From Lama guanicoe (taxonomy: Eukaryota), in contig MU053994.1 of assembly GCA_013239625.1 (NCBI GenBank), forward strand, positions 561,775 through 625,774: a stretch of 64,000 nt of DNA, written 5' to 3'. Every line of letters begins with the position of its first letter. Within the stretch, counting starts at the first letter, position 1. Shown here piece after piece: positions 1 to 14,404 of this stretch. The notes below the pieces were generated by a model, which did no database searches, was not told the origin of the DNA, and was given only the letters and a program-made list of their open reading frames with translations. The position numbers were made by a program, and so were the translations under genes.

Positions 1-2170
1 GCTGATGGGTGAATTGAGCCTACCTGATTCACAGTAATACTAGCCTCCTCATCACCTGCTACCTCAAGGTTTCTATGTGGCAGGGGAGCAGAAGGCTGTG
101 GGACAAATAAGAGCAAAGCCCACTTTTAGAAGCAAAGTGGATCCAGATATCACATCCCAGAAGCACCTCAGAGTGAAATACTATGGCATTTGGGGCTGTG
201 ATCAGTGTTTGTTTTTTCTTCCATGTAGATATTTCACATTACACTGAGCGTTGCCTTTCGAAGTTGGCAGAAGGGCTTTCCTCCCAACATGGTATCATTT
301 ATGGCCTCTAAAATGAAAACATAAATCAAATGAGGACATTCATACAGGCAAAACTATAACAAAGATTGGATTTGGCAAGGTTTGAACAAGAGCCATGGAA
401 ATTGGGCCATATCAAGGATTCTAAAGGCTTGTCTGAATCATCTAGGGCGTGAATTTAATACATTGATTCCAAAGCATTGCCGCAAACCTCCTGAACAAAA
501 TCTCCAGAAAACTCATTCTTATCTTGGGTGATTCTAATATGAATGATCACAGTTTGAGAAATGCTGCATTAGAGGACATATTATCTTGACTATATTATTT
601 GGACCAACTCTACATCATAATGACAAATTGGATTTGGCTAACCTGGGCATTATTAATTGGAAGGCAACCATGGTGAGGTGGAAGCAGCCTAAACTTGAAC
701 TCAGATTGACATCAGTTCAAGTCTTGACTAGACTACTTACCAACCAAGTGACCTCTCATTCGAGTTAATTATCCGTTCTAGGCCTTGATCTACTTGCCTC
801 TAAACTAGGGATACTTAGGCTATCTTGGAGTAATTGAAGCTATCAAATGACATAATATGTGCAACTATGCTTTGTAAATTTTAACCCACTGTGGAAAAAA
901 AGGTCATTATTAGTGAGCTAGAAATAGCAATCTGTGGTTCATAATCTCTTAAGCCCCTCTTTTCCTGAGAGCTTTGTTAGGTCTTAATCATTCTATGTAC
1001 AATGAAGTGGTCTCCAGTGTACAGCAACAATACAAAAAAAAAGCCCTTACTTTGCTGTGTCACCCGTTGTAGGTGATAGTAATTTATCTATATTTAGGCT
1101 GGAATTTCCTACTTTATCTGATTAGGTAATAAGTATTGCAAAAGTGTTTGATCTGATGGAGAGAAAACCTGGTCAGTTTTTTGTTAAAAGGTTATTGAAC
1201 CCATAAGGAAACCATTTCCACCTTTCTCCGTAACACCTTTCAGTGTAATGACCCATCTCTTTCTATAGCCCATCGCCTATCTGCCATGTCAGAGAGATCA
1301 ATCCTGCCTTCCTCACAGGCATGTTGTTCAGAATCATGCTTTTTATCTACAGAAGGAAGCTTACCATTTTGTCAACACAAATTCCATCAAAATATAGATT
1401 GCTGTTGTCATTATAAGGAATGCAGTATTTCAAAGAGTAGTGATCGTGCCTTATTTATTACCTCATTAGAATTTATCAAACTATCCTGGTAGAGGGTTCC
1501 TTTCATACTTGGTCAAGGGAAGGAAAATATATAGTTAGTATCACCTATAAGATAGTAGATCATATTTTTCTCTCCAGTATTTCAGCACAAGAGGATACTT
1601 GTCTCTAATTTGTTTTCCTTTTTCTCTGACTGAGGCAGAAATTAATACCACAAGCAAGTAAGATATTTCATTATAATAGTTAAAGCAGATGTTTAAATCA
1701 TTGGCATCTGCTGAGGAAAAAAGGTCTCTTTATAGAAAGACAGAGAACTAGGTATGTATTTGAATCTAAATATTTTATTTTTACCCCTTTATTGTTAGAT
1801 CTGTTTACTTTGGAGAAGGAATCTGATTGTTTCCTCCAAGCATTTTCTTCTACTTAGCCGAAGTTTCATTTTGTGTTCAGAAAGTTGAAACTTGTTTGTG
1901 CAGATCCATGGGAACTGATGAGTCCCAACAGTGAAACTTTTAAAATCTTTCACATTTGGTAAGAAGGAAGGAAGGGAGCCATTCTGTTACAAAACAGTTT
2001 ATGTCAATCATTTCTGTTTGAACTGTAGTTGGAGTCATCAAGCATTGGTACTATATTTTCATTTTCATCCTTTTCAATATTCATTATTCATAAATGGACA
2101 TTTTTGAGGAGAGATCATTGGCTTTCAGTTGATGTGAAGAAATAAATGTCTAGACTTTCTGGAGTCTTCT
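1..2170 (+). other. Possible distal 3' UTR of the convergent neighbour gene (SYTL5 by synteny), AATAAA at 2141-2146
   Basis: AATAAA followed by U/GU-rich sequence; SYTL5 is known to lie tail-to-tail with SRPX in mammals; no SYTL5 coding sequence seen, so inference only. Confidence 0.35.
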
Positions 2171-3179
2171 TGCTTTTGACCTTGCTCACTACCCACAATT
2201 GATTTGTCCTCCGTAATTCCTAAGTATCATCTTACCTTGTCTTTCTAACTGATGGGTGCAGCCCAGAACCTTAGGAGATGCCCTTTAATGCTTTTTTCAC
2301 GTGGATTAATGGAAATGTTATTATTAATTTTAACTCTTTCCTGTCACCTCTGAACCCAGCTCCTTTAGAGTCATTTGTTTACAAAGCATCTGAATGCAGA
2401 GTCAGGTGGAAGGAGGGAGTACTGCCCTTGCTGCTTCCCAGGGTATCAAATTATAACGGGTACCAAACATCCCTGGAAAGGTAATGAGGTAGAGAACTCC
2501 TCTCAGAAAGAGTATGGTATTAGCAGGAAGAAGTGATGTCTGCTTGAGTACATAAGTGTGTTGTGGACCTCATGCCCAAAGAGCAATTCATGGTTGATGA
2601 AAGATAGGTCTGGTTAGAGACAGGGCTTCTGTTTTGCTGAATGGGATATATAACCTGAGACAGGTATGAATTGCTAAGGACATTAGGGAAAAGTGGATTT
2701 GCCTCCATTGGAGATATCCGTCCATTGGAGATTTCCTGTATCCCTTCCACCAGGCAGGATTCCTCAAAATACATGTTGCATAAATATTTAAAGACCCTTC
2801 AAGAGGAGAACCACATCATCAGGGCAAGAATTGGCCCAACTCTGAAGGCACTAGTTCCCCATTCCTGGGTTGAGTGTAGTTGTCACAGGCTGGCTGTTTT
2901 TCTCTGGGCCTGAACATGAGTCCGAGGATTTAGCGGGCGGGAGAGGGAAGACACACTTTCAATATCCTAAGAACAGCTAAGGGTCACTGGGACACTGGGA
3001 TGTTGGAATGGCAGCTCTCCTTGGGAAGAAATAAGAGTGGTAATTTTTCCAAACTCTGCCAAAGGCTGGGTCACCTATGTGTGAATGTGTTCATTTCTGC
3101 TTTGTTCCTGGCACCCACGTGCTTTGGCTGCCAATTTACTCTCCTAACCTTATGCTCTCATAGGAAGTTGATCTCTTTG

Positions 3180-3755
3180 TTTGTTTTTAAATTAATTGAC
3201 TTTAGACTAAGAAATTAGAGCAGTATTAGGTTTACAGAAAAATTAAGCAGAAAGTACAGAGTTCCTATATACTACCACTCCTCTCCCCTGCCAGTTTCTC
3301 CTATTATTAACATCTTTTGTTGGTGTGGTACATTATTACAATTGAGTAACCAATATTGCTATATTAGTAATCAAAGTCCATAGTTTATATTAGAGTGCAT
3401 TCTTGGTGTTTTACAGTTGCATGGGTTTTAACAAATGCATAATATCATGTATCCACAATTACATTATCATACAGAATCATTTCACTGCCCTAAAAATCCC
3501 CTGTGCGCCAACCTCTGGCAACCACTGGTCTTTGTACTGTCTCAATAGTTTTGCCTTTCCTCAGAATGTCATAGTTGGAATTATACAGTATATAGCCCTT
3601 TCTGACTTGCTTCTTTTGCTTATCAATAATGCATTTAAGGTTCCTCCATGTCTTTCTGTGGCTGGATAGCTCATTTATTTATTTTCATTGTGGTAAGAGC
3701 ACTTAATGTGAGATCTTCCCTCTTAACAAAGTTTTAAGTGTGTGATACAGTATCT
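3180..3755 (-). mobile_element. Old L1 3' end (L1MC-like) plus a short L1MA-like 3' fragment
   Basis: Typical reverse-complement L1MC 3'UTR motifs (ttaggtttacagaaaaattaagcagaaagtacagag; cactgccctaaaaatcccctgtgc). Confidence 0.75.
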
Positions 3756-5679
3756 TTGTTTTTAAGGAGAGAGGGAGAGAGACGGAAGGAGAGAGAAGGG
3801 TAGAGCTAAGAAACAATAACATCAAAAAGAGATTCCCTGGAGATGATGGGAGGTCTGCATTCGTTTTGCTAGCTTTCTTGGTTTTCTTGTTGGCTGCAAA
3901 AGACTGTTCCTATTTCCTTGCTTTTCCATGTTTGGTGCAAAATTTGTAGCAATACTAAAATGCTTAACATGCCTACTTCTCAGCTTCTGTATGGGACATG
4001 TACCCCAGACCAAAGCTTTGTGCCCCTCTGTACTTGCTGCAAAGTGTAATGTCTTTTTCATTAAATTCCCTTTCCTAATATCTCTAATGTGTTCTATTAC
4101 AAGTTATTCCTGGGTACTTGAAGATGCATATCCTTGAAGATGTATTGCATGTCACCTGTTCCTCCTGTTTTTATTCTTTCCTGTCTTTGGAGCAAAGCAC
4201 ATTTGCTGAATTGAGGCACACAGATTGGATGAACGTCTGGTGTCTGTTTCTAAGGTCGGGATGATGCTGAACAACTCTTCTTGGTGCTTGGCTACTGCAT
4301 CTGACCCTCATTTTGGTTTTTGCTCACTTATCTTCCTGTAAATCTGATACCATTGCTCTTTAGCCCTCCTGTCAGTAAATCAGGGGTAATGACAAGGGGA
4401 TGGATCAGAACTAACATTTATTAAGCACCTACTGTACATCAGGGGTTTACAAATTGTTACCTTATTAGCTATGTTTAAAAAGGACAAAGGATGAAAAAAA
4501 GATGTGAGTCTCAGAGAGGTTGACTAACTTGCCCAAGTTACCTAACTAGTGTATCATAGAGCCTCACCCCACACGGAGCTCCCCACTTCAGATCCGAAAG
4601 CGCATACTCTGTCTTCTTCACTGAATTGTACCCCAGATAGAAAGTCCATGCTTGTTATGAACCGGAGACTTGCTTCTCAAAGTGTGATTCATGATCCTGT
4701 AGCATTAGCTTTACCTGGGAGCTTATTGGAAATGAGGAATGGTGAGCCCCAAGTCAGAATGAATCAGAATATTCATTGTAACGAAGTCTTTAGTTGATCT
4801 GCAAGCACAGTAAACTTTGGAAGCCTTGCTGTAGGGAACAGGGCAGACTGCAACTTCGTACTGAAGGCACTTGATACTTAAAAGTTGCAGTTGATGTGAA
4901 CATTGGCCGAAGACACACCCCATTTATCAGTCCTTTCTTTGAGCCCTTTCTCCTTAGTTTTGATTTCTCCCCATGAACACATGCATGATTACTAGCATTC
5001 TTTTTTTCTTGTGTTCTCCTGTAACTATCCTGAAGACATTCCCCAGTGTGTAGCTGACCCGTTTCAGAGTATGTGCAATGAAGACTTTGGTATTTTTTTA
5101 TTACAGATGAGTCTTCCAACCTGCTGAATCCAATGAGCACCAACTGAATCTAGATACAGTCTCCTCTAAGCCTGAGGAAGTAGAGCTCCTAAGAGCTTTC
5201 TTCCATGATACTGATCGGACATCTTCTAGATGGTGTCTCTTCTATGCCAGTCAGTATTGAGCACTTGTGTTGCTGCTAATAATCAGGTATAGAGAAAAGC
5301 ATTTGGATACCAGCTTGGCTTAGGCCAGGGGAAAATGTGAGGCCAGAGTTAGGAATCCATTTTTGCTAATCCAGCCTGGGAAGAGGGTAATACATTATAA
5401 AGAACACTGGGTTTGATGGTTAGGAGACCTAGCTTCCACGTCTAGCTCTGCTCCTTGCTGTGGAGTTTGTGTAAGCCCTTTCCACTCTCTGAGCCTCAGT
5501 TTTCTCATCTGTGACATGAGGGCCTTGGACTAAGTGATACCCAACAATCCCTCAAGTTCTAAAGTTCTACTGATACCTTAGGCGTGCTGGAATTCATTGG
5601 GTCTAAGAAGCCATTGCGTGTAAGGTACAGCATTGCTTTACGTATCACTGAAGAAGAAAACAATGTGGCCGATTATAAC

Positions 5680-8455
5680 TGTTAGAGGTTGTTCTGGATG
5701 TTCTACTTCTGTCCCTGCAGATTTCCTCCTTGCCCTTGACACTGCTTTGTGCCCTAAGAGGCAGACTTTAATGAACTGCTTCAGTGGGGCTCTCTTGCCC
5801 TGTGGATTTTGGTTGGGGTTGGCCAAAGGAAGGTACCAGTAGGAGGTTGAATGGTGGGAAGAAAGTGAGATTGAGACAGTTATTCCCCCGGCTCTTTCCT
5901 GCTGGGTCACAAAGTATCAGTGGCTGCCTTCCTCTGCTCAGGACCGTAGCTCCTGGCAGGTGGCCTTCTCCTCTGGCTAGAGCTGCAGTAACCTCTCCCT
6001 CCCTTCATGCCTTGAGGTCTATGAGTGGTAAAGTCTCCTGACTGTGGCTGCCTTCTCCATCCCTTGTTACTTTCCCTTAACCCTGACCGCACCTTTATAA
6101 ATAGTTCTTGTATCAAGTTTTCCTCGATGTCATAGCTTCAGTGTTCCGTTTGTTTCCTGCAGGGACCCTAACTGATATAGTAATGGTATCGTGAGTGTTC
6201 TTAAGAGGTAGGCTCTCAGAGTAGAATTTTAGTTTTATGTTGCTCACATATTTGAGGAGCATCACAGGCACTTGGCAAAGTAATAGGTGCTTAGTTAGTT
6301 TGTTGTAAGGAATGGAAAAAAATGACCTTCTGATCTTTGTGCCTCTCATAGCCAGAAAAAAATCAGAGAGCCAGAAATGAAGAGAGATTTCTCTTTTAGG
6401 TTTCCCAGAACGTGCAAAGCTGGTCATTGAAAGGTAGAAAGATATATGTTCCCTCAAAAGGATGCTCTTCTCTCTCCACAGCAGGCACCCCTGCTTCTGG
6501 TGATCCTTCCTGACAGGAATTAAAGACAAAGCATTTTCCCAGGCAGTATTTGGGTACCAGGTGCTAGAGACTATTGCTTTGTTCTAGTAAAGACAGCACA
6601 TCTGGAATAGTCAACTTGTCATCGATCTGAGGGATCAGCCTGCTAGTCCGTTTGTAAAGCCAATCACGGTTCCTCTGGAGCACATTATAACAAAGAGCAA
6701 GAGAGATGGAGGCCTTAGATGAGAAAGTAAAGATAAACTTCTCTGTGTCGTGCGAATGCACCATTATACTTAGACTCAAAGAATACCTTACAGGGTATCT
6801 CCTCTCACCTAGAAGCTCGCTTTATAGTGAAGAAGGCGCAGCTGTCAGTTCATGCTGTGGAATTCATTGGTCTTACCACGTGTCTCATCACCCAAAAATA
6901 GTTGACTTGATAGAAGAATGGAATGGTCTACTCAAAGCTCAGTTATAGAATTAGCTGATACACAATACTTAGGCTGGAGCGATATCTTACATGATACAGT
7001 ATATGCTTTAAACCAATGGCCAAAATATGATGCTATAGCTCTTGTAGCCAAAACACATGGGTTTAGAGCTCGAGAGGTGCAGCTGGAGATGGTCCTTCTC
7101 ATTATTCTACCTAATAGCCCAAGGGAGGCACTAGGATGCTTACATAGGAAACAGTCATGCTTTTACTGCGTTGGAAGCTTAGGATGCTTCTTAAACATGT
7201 GGGGCTCCTCACACCGCTGAACCTACAGGGAGAAAAGAGGCTACCTGTACTAGGTCGGGTGATTATGAGGAGGAAATTGATTTGTTCATACACAGTGGTT
7301 ACGAGAAGAACTATGTCTAGAGCTCAGAGGATTTACTGAAGCATCTCTCGGTATGCCATTGCTCAGTAATCCTGGTGAAGGGAAAATTGTAGCAACCCAA
7401 TAAAACTAGCCACTAAGGACCAGATCCTTCAGGAATGAAGGTTTGGGTCAATCCCCCAGGTCAAGAAATTCAGCTGAAGTGCTGGCTGAGAGTAAGGAGA
7501 ATTTGAAATGATTAACAACTCAGATCTCATGACCTGCTACACAAGTGGGATTGAAGCACCTTTGTTTTATGTTGATTAACTGTTTCTTCCCCAGCTCCTT
7601 TCTCCTCCAACTAAAGAGGTCTGGTGGTAGCTAAGGTTTTAGGTTTCAGGTGGGCATGTGAGGAAACTGCTACTACCCTGCCAAGATACACTAGTCGGGG
7701 TCAGAAAATGTTCTGATGGTATCTGACAGATAATAAGTCATTCGGCCTTTATGAACCATACTGTCTTTGTTGCGACTCCTCGTCTCTGTGGTTTTGGAGT
7801 AAAAGCAGCCATAGACAGTACATTAAAAAGTGTGTGTGTATGTGTGTGTGTCCCAGTAAATTACCAAAACAGCCAGCCAGCCTGCCTCTGCTGGCTGTAG
7901 TTTGCTGACTTCTGTAGGAGGTGATGGGGACATGAGATTTTTATTCAGACAAAAGAGTAAATGCTGAGGGTTAAAGGGCTGAACTGTGCTGGATATTCTC
8001 CGTCTGCCCCACCAGAGGCCCTCTCTGCAATGTTCCAAACTGCTTTGGCCTTTGCTCCTTCACCCTCTGGTTTTCAGTTGGGTTTGGCCAATGGGAGCCA
8101 ATACCAGGAGATGAGAGGACTGCGGGAGAGAAAGTTCAGGGTGTTTATTCCCCTTGCTCCCTCCCTGCTGGGCTGAGGCTTGTAAAAGGCTGTGTTCCTC
8201 TACCACAGCTCCTCATAGGTGGTCTGTCCTAAAACTACATGTCCAGTTCTCTCTGGGTTCCAGTAATCATTCCCTCTGCTTGCCCTTCAGATCAAGGGTG
8301 GTAGATGTCCTCTGATGCTGCTGGCTTTGAAGCATCTCAGTATCCTTTATTAAGTTCCTTTTACCTTGCTTACCCATTATAAATCAGCCTTTCATTATAT
8401 CCTCTTCAATTCCCAGTAGACTCTCCCATCTGTTTCCCACCAGCTCTTAGACTAA
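5680..8455 (+). mobile_element. Decayed ERVL provirus with LTR33-like LTRs (~5680-6179 and ~7985-8455) and integrase remnant (~6790-7550)
   Basis: ORF 6706-6948 contains GIHWSYHVSHHPKIVDLIEEWNGLLKAQL (ERVL integrase-like); both flanks share ttggccaa...ttattcccc.(g/t)gctc and end in tgtttcc...; gtaatggta internal start follows the first LTR. Confidence 0.8.
7715..7915 (+). mobile_element. MER58-like hAT MITE inside the ERVL
   Basis: aaagcagccatagaca...ggctgtagtttgctgacttctg resembles MER58 consensus. Confidence 0.6.
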
Positions 8456-8967
8456 AAAAAAATATTGGTGGTAACACTCCCCACTTCAGAGATGTTAAAA
8501 TGTGGGAAAAAACAGTGCATCTCAGGATCAATGAACTATGCTAATTGCAACATATTCCTGGTGAATGAATGAATCAATGAATGATTTGCATCCACAGTGC
8601 AGCTCACCTCAAAGACAGATTCAGTGTAGTGGTGTGACAGATTGTGTGTGATTCAGAATGAACTTCAAAAAGCAGAATCAACATTGATTCTTCTTAAGTA
8701 CTTAAATGCTCTTGCTCAGTCTTGAGACTGGTAATCAATGAGAAGGTCATGTCTGTGCCCAGGCCTCCTAATTGTTGCACCAGGACTAAAACATCAGAAT
8801 GCTCTTTAGTCATTCTGTTTTTGTTTTTTGTTTTTCAAACGAGATAACTCCCAAGTAAAAGCTGCCAATGTGGCTGCAGTTTTGTTTTTTTGTGAAGCAG
8901 CCCAGGTTACTTTAGTTGGTGACTCTTCACAAACTGAGTTCAGAGTTTTCTCTAAGAAGAAAATGGC

Positions 8968-9092
8968 GGGGAGGGTAGAGCACATGCTTAGCATGCACAA
9001 GGTACTGGATTCAACCGCCAGTACCTCTGTTAAATCAATCAACCAACCAACCAAATTACCCCTTCCTCTGAAAAAAAAAAAGTTAAAAGAAA
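8968..9092 (+). mobile_element. tRNA-Ala-derived SINE (Vic-1-like) with A-box deletion
   Basis: gggagggtagagcacatgcttagcatgcacaagg..., A-rich tail; imperfect TSD aagaag(aa/gg)aatgg at 8954-8966 and 9093-9105. Confidence 0.85.
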
Positions 9093-11150
9093 AAGAAGGG
9101 AATGGTCCACCAGTCTGGGAACACATCAGATTCCTCAGGATTTGCAGTTAACTCACATTCCCTGCCCTATATGACAACTGGTGTATATTCTGGCCAAGCC
9201 TGTTTTAACAGACATGGGCCTTTACAGCCTAAGACATTACTTAGTCTACACTGCCTGTCTAGAACTCTTAAACAAAATTACTGACCCAAACTGCATAGGC
9301 TGTCTTATTATAGAAATCTAGCAATGACTGAGGCTACTCAGGCTGGTACAAGAGCTACTGTGCCTTTGGAAAAGTCTACTGTGTTTCCTTTTTCTAATTC
9401 TTAAGTTCCTAATTGTTCCCACAGAGACAGAGGAACAAGTGTCTCTCCTCTGGTCCTCCTCTGGAGCAAGGCTACGCAGAGCACTGGTCCATGATGAAAT
9501 GAGGAGCTTACAGCAGAATGTAAATCAGCATGCTGCTTCCTTCGCTGAGAAGATTTTGCTATCAAAAAGTATCAGCCGAATTAAATAATGCATGTATTGA
9601 CATTGCTGATTTACATTCTGGGGCCAGCTCCCTGTCTCTTTGTGAACCACTAATAAATGGTCCAGGGACCAGCAGCCAGTTGGAGGACTGCACTCCAAGC
9701 AGCATCACTCTACAGGACCTTGGACTCAGTCCCTTCACAGGACCAGCATCTAAAATTGCTGCCACTTGTTGAGGAACAAGAGTATTTCTTCCCATTCAAG
9801 TTCTCCAAGAAAGAAGTGACTATTCTCTGCAAGCCTTTGGATCCATGCTTAGTCTCAGAGGGCATCAGAAACCCACGTAATAGCCTGCCCAGGAGTCAAA
9901 TGGAATTCCATGAAACTAAGAGACACATTGAAAGATACTCAGAAGGATTCAGATTTGATCCTGGTCAGACAGGTGACAGCATTTCCATCCCATTTGAAAT
10001 CAGTTTGTTAGTGTCAGAGCACTGCTGCCTAAGCACAGCATCATCCTGTGGGGGAACTTGTCACTTCTGATGGAGAGACAGACAGACACACAGACAAAAC
10101 AAAATTCCAAACTCTGCACAGAAATTAAATTTCCCCCAGACTCTGACACAGCCATAGAACAGGAAAACAAATCCTTAAGCTGAGCATTTTCAGAAGTGAC
10201 ACCATAATAGAAATACATCTTCACGCCGCACATTCACCAGCAAAGTGGATTCTGATCGACAAATCTAGATGCTTTGCATCGTTCCTATGTCATTCTCCGA
10301 AGAAGAAGCAAGTGCTGTATTTTAAATGAGTTAAGCGTAATTCTAACTTCGTGATGCAGACTCTGAATATTGGCCATAGCCAGAGAAGCCATGACTTTGA
10401 TGAATGTTTCTATCAGTGGTTATATCGGCATCCTTCTCACCTCCTCCAAAAGAGTGATTTGCACTTTGGGCTGCATGTGAGAATCCCCTTGGAAGCTTTT
10501 AAATTCTCTCCATGCCCTGTCTGCACCCAGGCAAATTATGTCATCTCTGGGGGTGGCATGAAGGCATCAGACTTTTTTAAAGCTCCCCAAGTAATTCCGA
10601 TGTGCATCCAAGATTAAGAAAGACCGACACAAAGGGTATTGAGAGAACTGGTAGGCCAGAAGTAAGATGGTTGAAGGTCCTGCTGAAAAAGACACACCCC
10701 TTAGGGCCCTGAGCTAAAGCGAACCTTCCGGTTTCTCTTCTGTTACTCCAGGTTCCAAATTTATTGTTAAAAAGCAAGTGAAGCTGGGGGGGGAGAGGAA
10801 ATATTTGTGACTTCCTGTGAAGATTCAGTGAGATAATGTGCGTGCAAGTGTTTCAAGTCTCGATGGGCCAAAAGAATCCATCCATTCATGTGACTCATTT
10901 CTGATTAACTTAGCTAAGGATTAGAGAATTTATTGATAGACAGCTTCAGACAACAGGAGCAGATGCAGCAAATTGGAAGGGATTTTCCATTGCACTTTGG
11001 ATCTTCACAAGGCACACTGTCCATGAGTCCTGCCAGAGGTGAGAAAAAAGTCAGATTTTAATCATACTTACATGCCTTCCTACTCAAGCTTCTGTCAATG
11101 TTAATGTATTTCCAGAATTCGATTAACAATCAGTGCGCTTCAGATAAAGG

Positions 11151-12873
11151 CGGCAGTTCACGGTGTGTGATCTGCAGACCCTTGGGCGTCTTCAAACCTT
11201 TTCAGGGGGGTCAGCAAGGCCAAAGCTGTTTTCTTTATTTACTTTTTTCGCTGTGTTGACATTTGCACTGATTGTCTGGAAGCAATGGTGAGTAAAACCG
11301 CAGGCACTTCAGCATTTTTGTTGCCTACACACACACGCAGTAAAAATAATAATAGTGATAAAATACCATTTTACTTTAAAAAGTCCTGATGGAGTAAAAA
11401 TTATTCATGTCTTTAAATCTTGACCTTAAAGTACACATGATTTTAAGATTTTTTATGCATGTCAAAGTATGAGGGTTGTCTCAAGGAAAAACACTTGTGG
11501 ATTTGAGTTGCATGTTGAACTGGCTGCATTTTCCTATTTTTATTTTATAGAATGAATGACAGATAAACTAGTTATTCAGGCTCGAGGATCAGGCACATGT
11601 TTTCTCAGAAATGAACAACACGAGCCTGTCACTTCAAGGAAAAGAACTGACAGTATTTACTGCCAATGATAAATATTGAGCTTTGAAGTGAAAAGTAGAA
11701 TTTGGGAAAACATGTATACACTGTTGTATGTGCCAGCTACCCAGTATCTAGAGACGTTTCTGATCGGATCAGTGGTGACAGTAACCAAGGTGATTTTTTG
11801 ATACTGTGTAACAAATTTTATCGACCCTTGAAAGATCTGCCTGACTCAGTGAAGCAGTATTTCCTAAATGACCAGCGCATGACTTAGAAAATCGTTGTGT
11901 GAGTAACAAAATCATGCCTGGGTAAAAGATCTATTCAAAGTGCAGGATAGACCAATGGATTTTTATGCAACACAGTATAAAAAGTTTTCCATGTCAACAT
12001 TAATCTTTAAGGAATTGTCACTTGCTGAGTTTTGGTGAAGTGTCAAAAAAATCCACAATTATCTAAATAAGGCTATTAAACTGTTCTTTTCTTTCCCCAA
12101 TATAGAACCCTGTGAAGTCGGATTTTCTCCAAAACACTGATATTGCAATAAATTGCATGGAAAAGCATATATGAAAATCTAGAAGTCAGCTTTTATAGCA
12201 AACTTTGAAGAGACTTGCAATAATGCAAAATAATACCACTCATTTCACTTTTTTTAAATTCTGAGAAGCTTATGTAGTTTTTCTTTAACAAAAAATGTTG
12301 TCTACATGAACATGAGGTTATTTTTTCCTAAATGAATTGAAATATAAATTTTTCTAAAACTTTCTCAATCTTAATGAGGTCTGACAGGTAACATTATATC
12401 TGTTTCAGGTGTACAGCATCATGATTTAATATTTGTATATATTGTGAGATAGTCACCATGATAAGTGTAACATCTGTCACCATACACAGTACAAAAACTT
12501 TCTTGTGATGAGGACTTTTAAGATCCAGTCTCTTAGCAACTTTCAAATATGAAATTCAGTGTTATTAACAATAGTCACCATGCTTTTACATTGTATTCCC
12601 ATGACTTATTCATTTTATAGCTGGAAGTTTCTGCCTTTTGACCCCCTTCACCCATTTTACTGATAGCCCTCCACCTCTCTGGTGACCACCAATCTGTTCT
12701 TGAGCTTGGGGTTTGCTTGTTTTTTAGATTTCACATATAAGTGAGTTCATATTGGTATTTGTCTTTCTCTGACTTAGTTCTCTTAACATAATACCCTCAA
12801 GGTTCATCTGTGTTGTTGCAAGTGCAAGATTTCCTTTTTTATGGCTGAATAGCATTCCATTGCACATATATAC

Positions 12874-12912
<39 letters not shown>

Positions 12913-14404
12913 CCACCTCTTCTTTATCCATTCCTCCATCGATGGACACTTAGGTTGTTTCCATAGCTTGGCTATTGTAGATAATGCTGCAGTGAATGTG
13001 GGGGTGCATATATTTTTTTCAAGGTAGTATTTTTATTTTCTTCAGATATATACCTGGAGTAGAACTGCTGGATCATATGGAGGTTCTATTTTTATGTTTT
13101 TGAGGCACCCCCATACTGTTTTCCATAGCGGCTGCACTGATTTATATTCTCACCAGCAGTGTACAGGGTTCCCTTTTCTCCACGTCCTCACCAACACTTG
13201 TTATCGCTTGTCTTTTTGATAATAACCATTCTAACAGGTGTGCGGTGATATCTGTGTGGTTTTGATTTGCACTTCCCTGATGATTAGTGATGTTGAACAT
13301 TTTTTTCATGTGCCCATTGGCCATCTCTGTGTCTTCCTTGGAAAAATGTCTATTCAGATCTTCAGCCTATTTTTAAATTGGATTTGTTTTTTATATTGCT
13401 ACTGTGTTGTATGATTTCCTAATATATTTTGATGTTAACCCCTTATCAGATCTATGATTTGCATATATATTCTCCCATTTGATAGGTTGCCATTTCATTT
13501 TGTTGATGATATCCTTTGCTGTGCAGAAGCTTTTTAGTTTGATGTAGTCCGTTTTTTGCTTTTGTTGGCTTGAAGTTAGATCCAAAAAATCAAGGCTAAG
13601 ATCCATGTCAAGGAACTTACTGCTTATGTCTTCCTTTAGGAGTTTCATGGTTTCAGGTCTTACATTCAATTCTTTAATCCATTTTGAGTTGATTTTCATG
13701 TATGATGTAAGGTACTAGTCCAGTTTCATTCTTTTGCATGTGACTGTCCAGTTTTCCCAGCATGACTTATTGAAGAGACTGTTCTTCCCCCATTGTATAT
13801 TCTTGCCTCCTTTGTTATAAGTTAATTGACCATCTATGTGTTGATTTATTTCTTGACTCTCTTTTCTTTCCTGTTGGTGTATGTATCTGTTTTTATGCCA
13901 ATAGCATACTGTTTTGATTACTACAGTGTTAATGTAGTTCGAAATCAGGAAATGGAGCATGATGCCTCCAGCTTTGTTCCTTTTTCTCAAGATTACTTTA
14001 GCTGTTCGGGGTCTTTTGTGGTTCCATATGAATTGTACAATTGTCTGTTTTATTTTTGTGAAAAATGCCATTGAAATTTTGATAAGGATTGCATTAAATC
14101 TATATATTTTTATTGAGTAGCATGGACATTTTAACAATATTAATTCTTCCAACCCATGAGCATGGAATTCCTTTGCATTTATTTGTGCCTTCCACTTTTT
14201 TCATCAATGTCTTCTTGTAGTTTTCAGTGTACAGGTCTTTCACCTCCTTGGATAAATTTATTCCTAGGTCTTTATTCTTTCTGACGCAGTTGTAGATGGG
14301 ATAGTTTTCTTCTCAGTTTTCATTTCTAACACAGCAAATATTGGTAGATGTAACCCACATAAAGAAAAGTGTCTTGGAGTCCTCGAAAGGTTTGTGGACT
14401 GCTG
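11151..14404 (+). mobile_element. Charlie1a-like hAT transposon split by an L1 insertion
   Basis: 5' end ...gtgttgacatttgcactga...aagcaatggtgagtaaaac; 3' end taacccacataaag...ctgctg; degenerate 8-bp TSD gataaagg / gtttaagg. Confidence 0.75.
12375..14308 (-). mobile_element. 5'-truncated L1 (L1MA-type 3' end plus ORF2 C-terminal part)
   Basis: ORF-track peptides 13715-14152, 13391-13699, 13142-13324 and 12724-12939 are ORF2-like; (TA)n at ~12866-12910. Confidence 0.92.
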
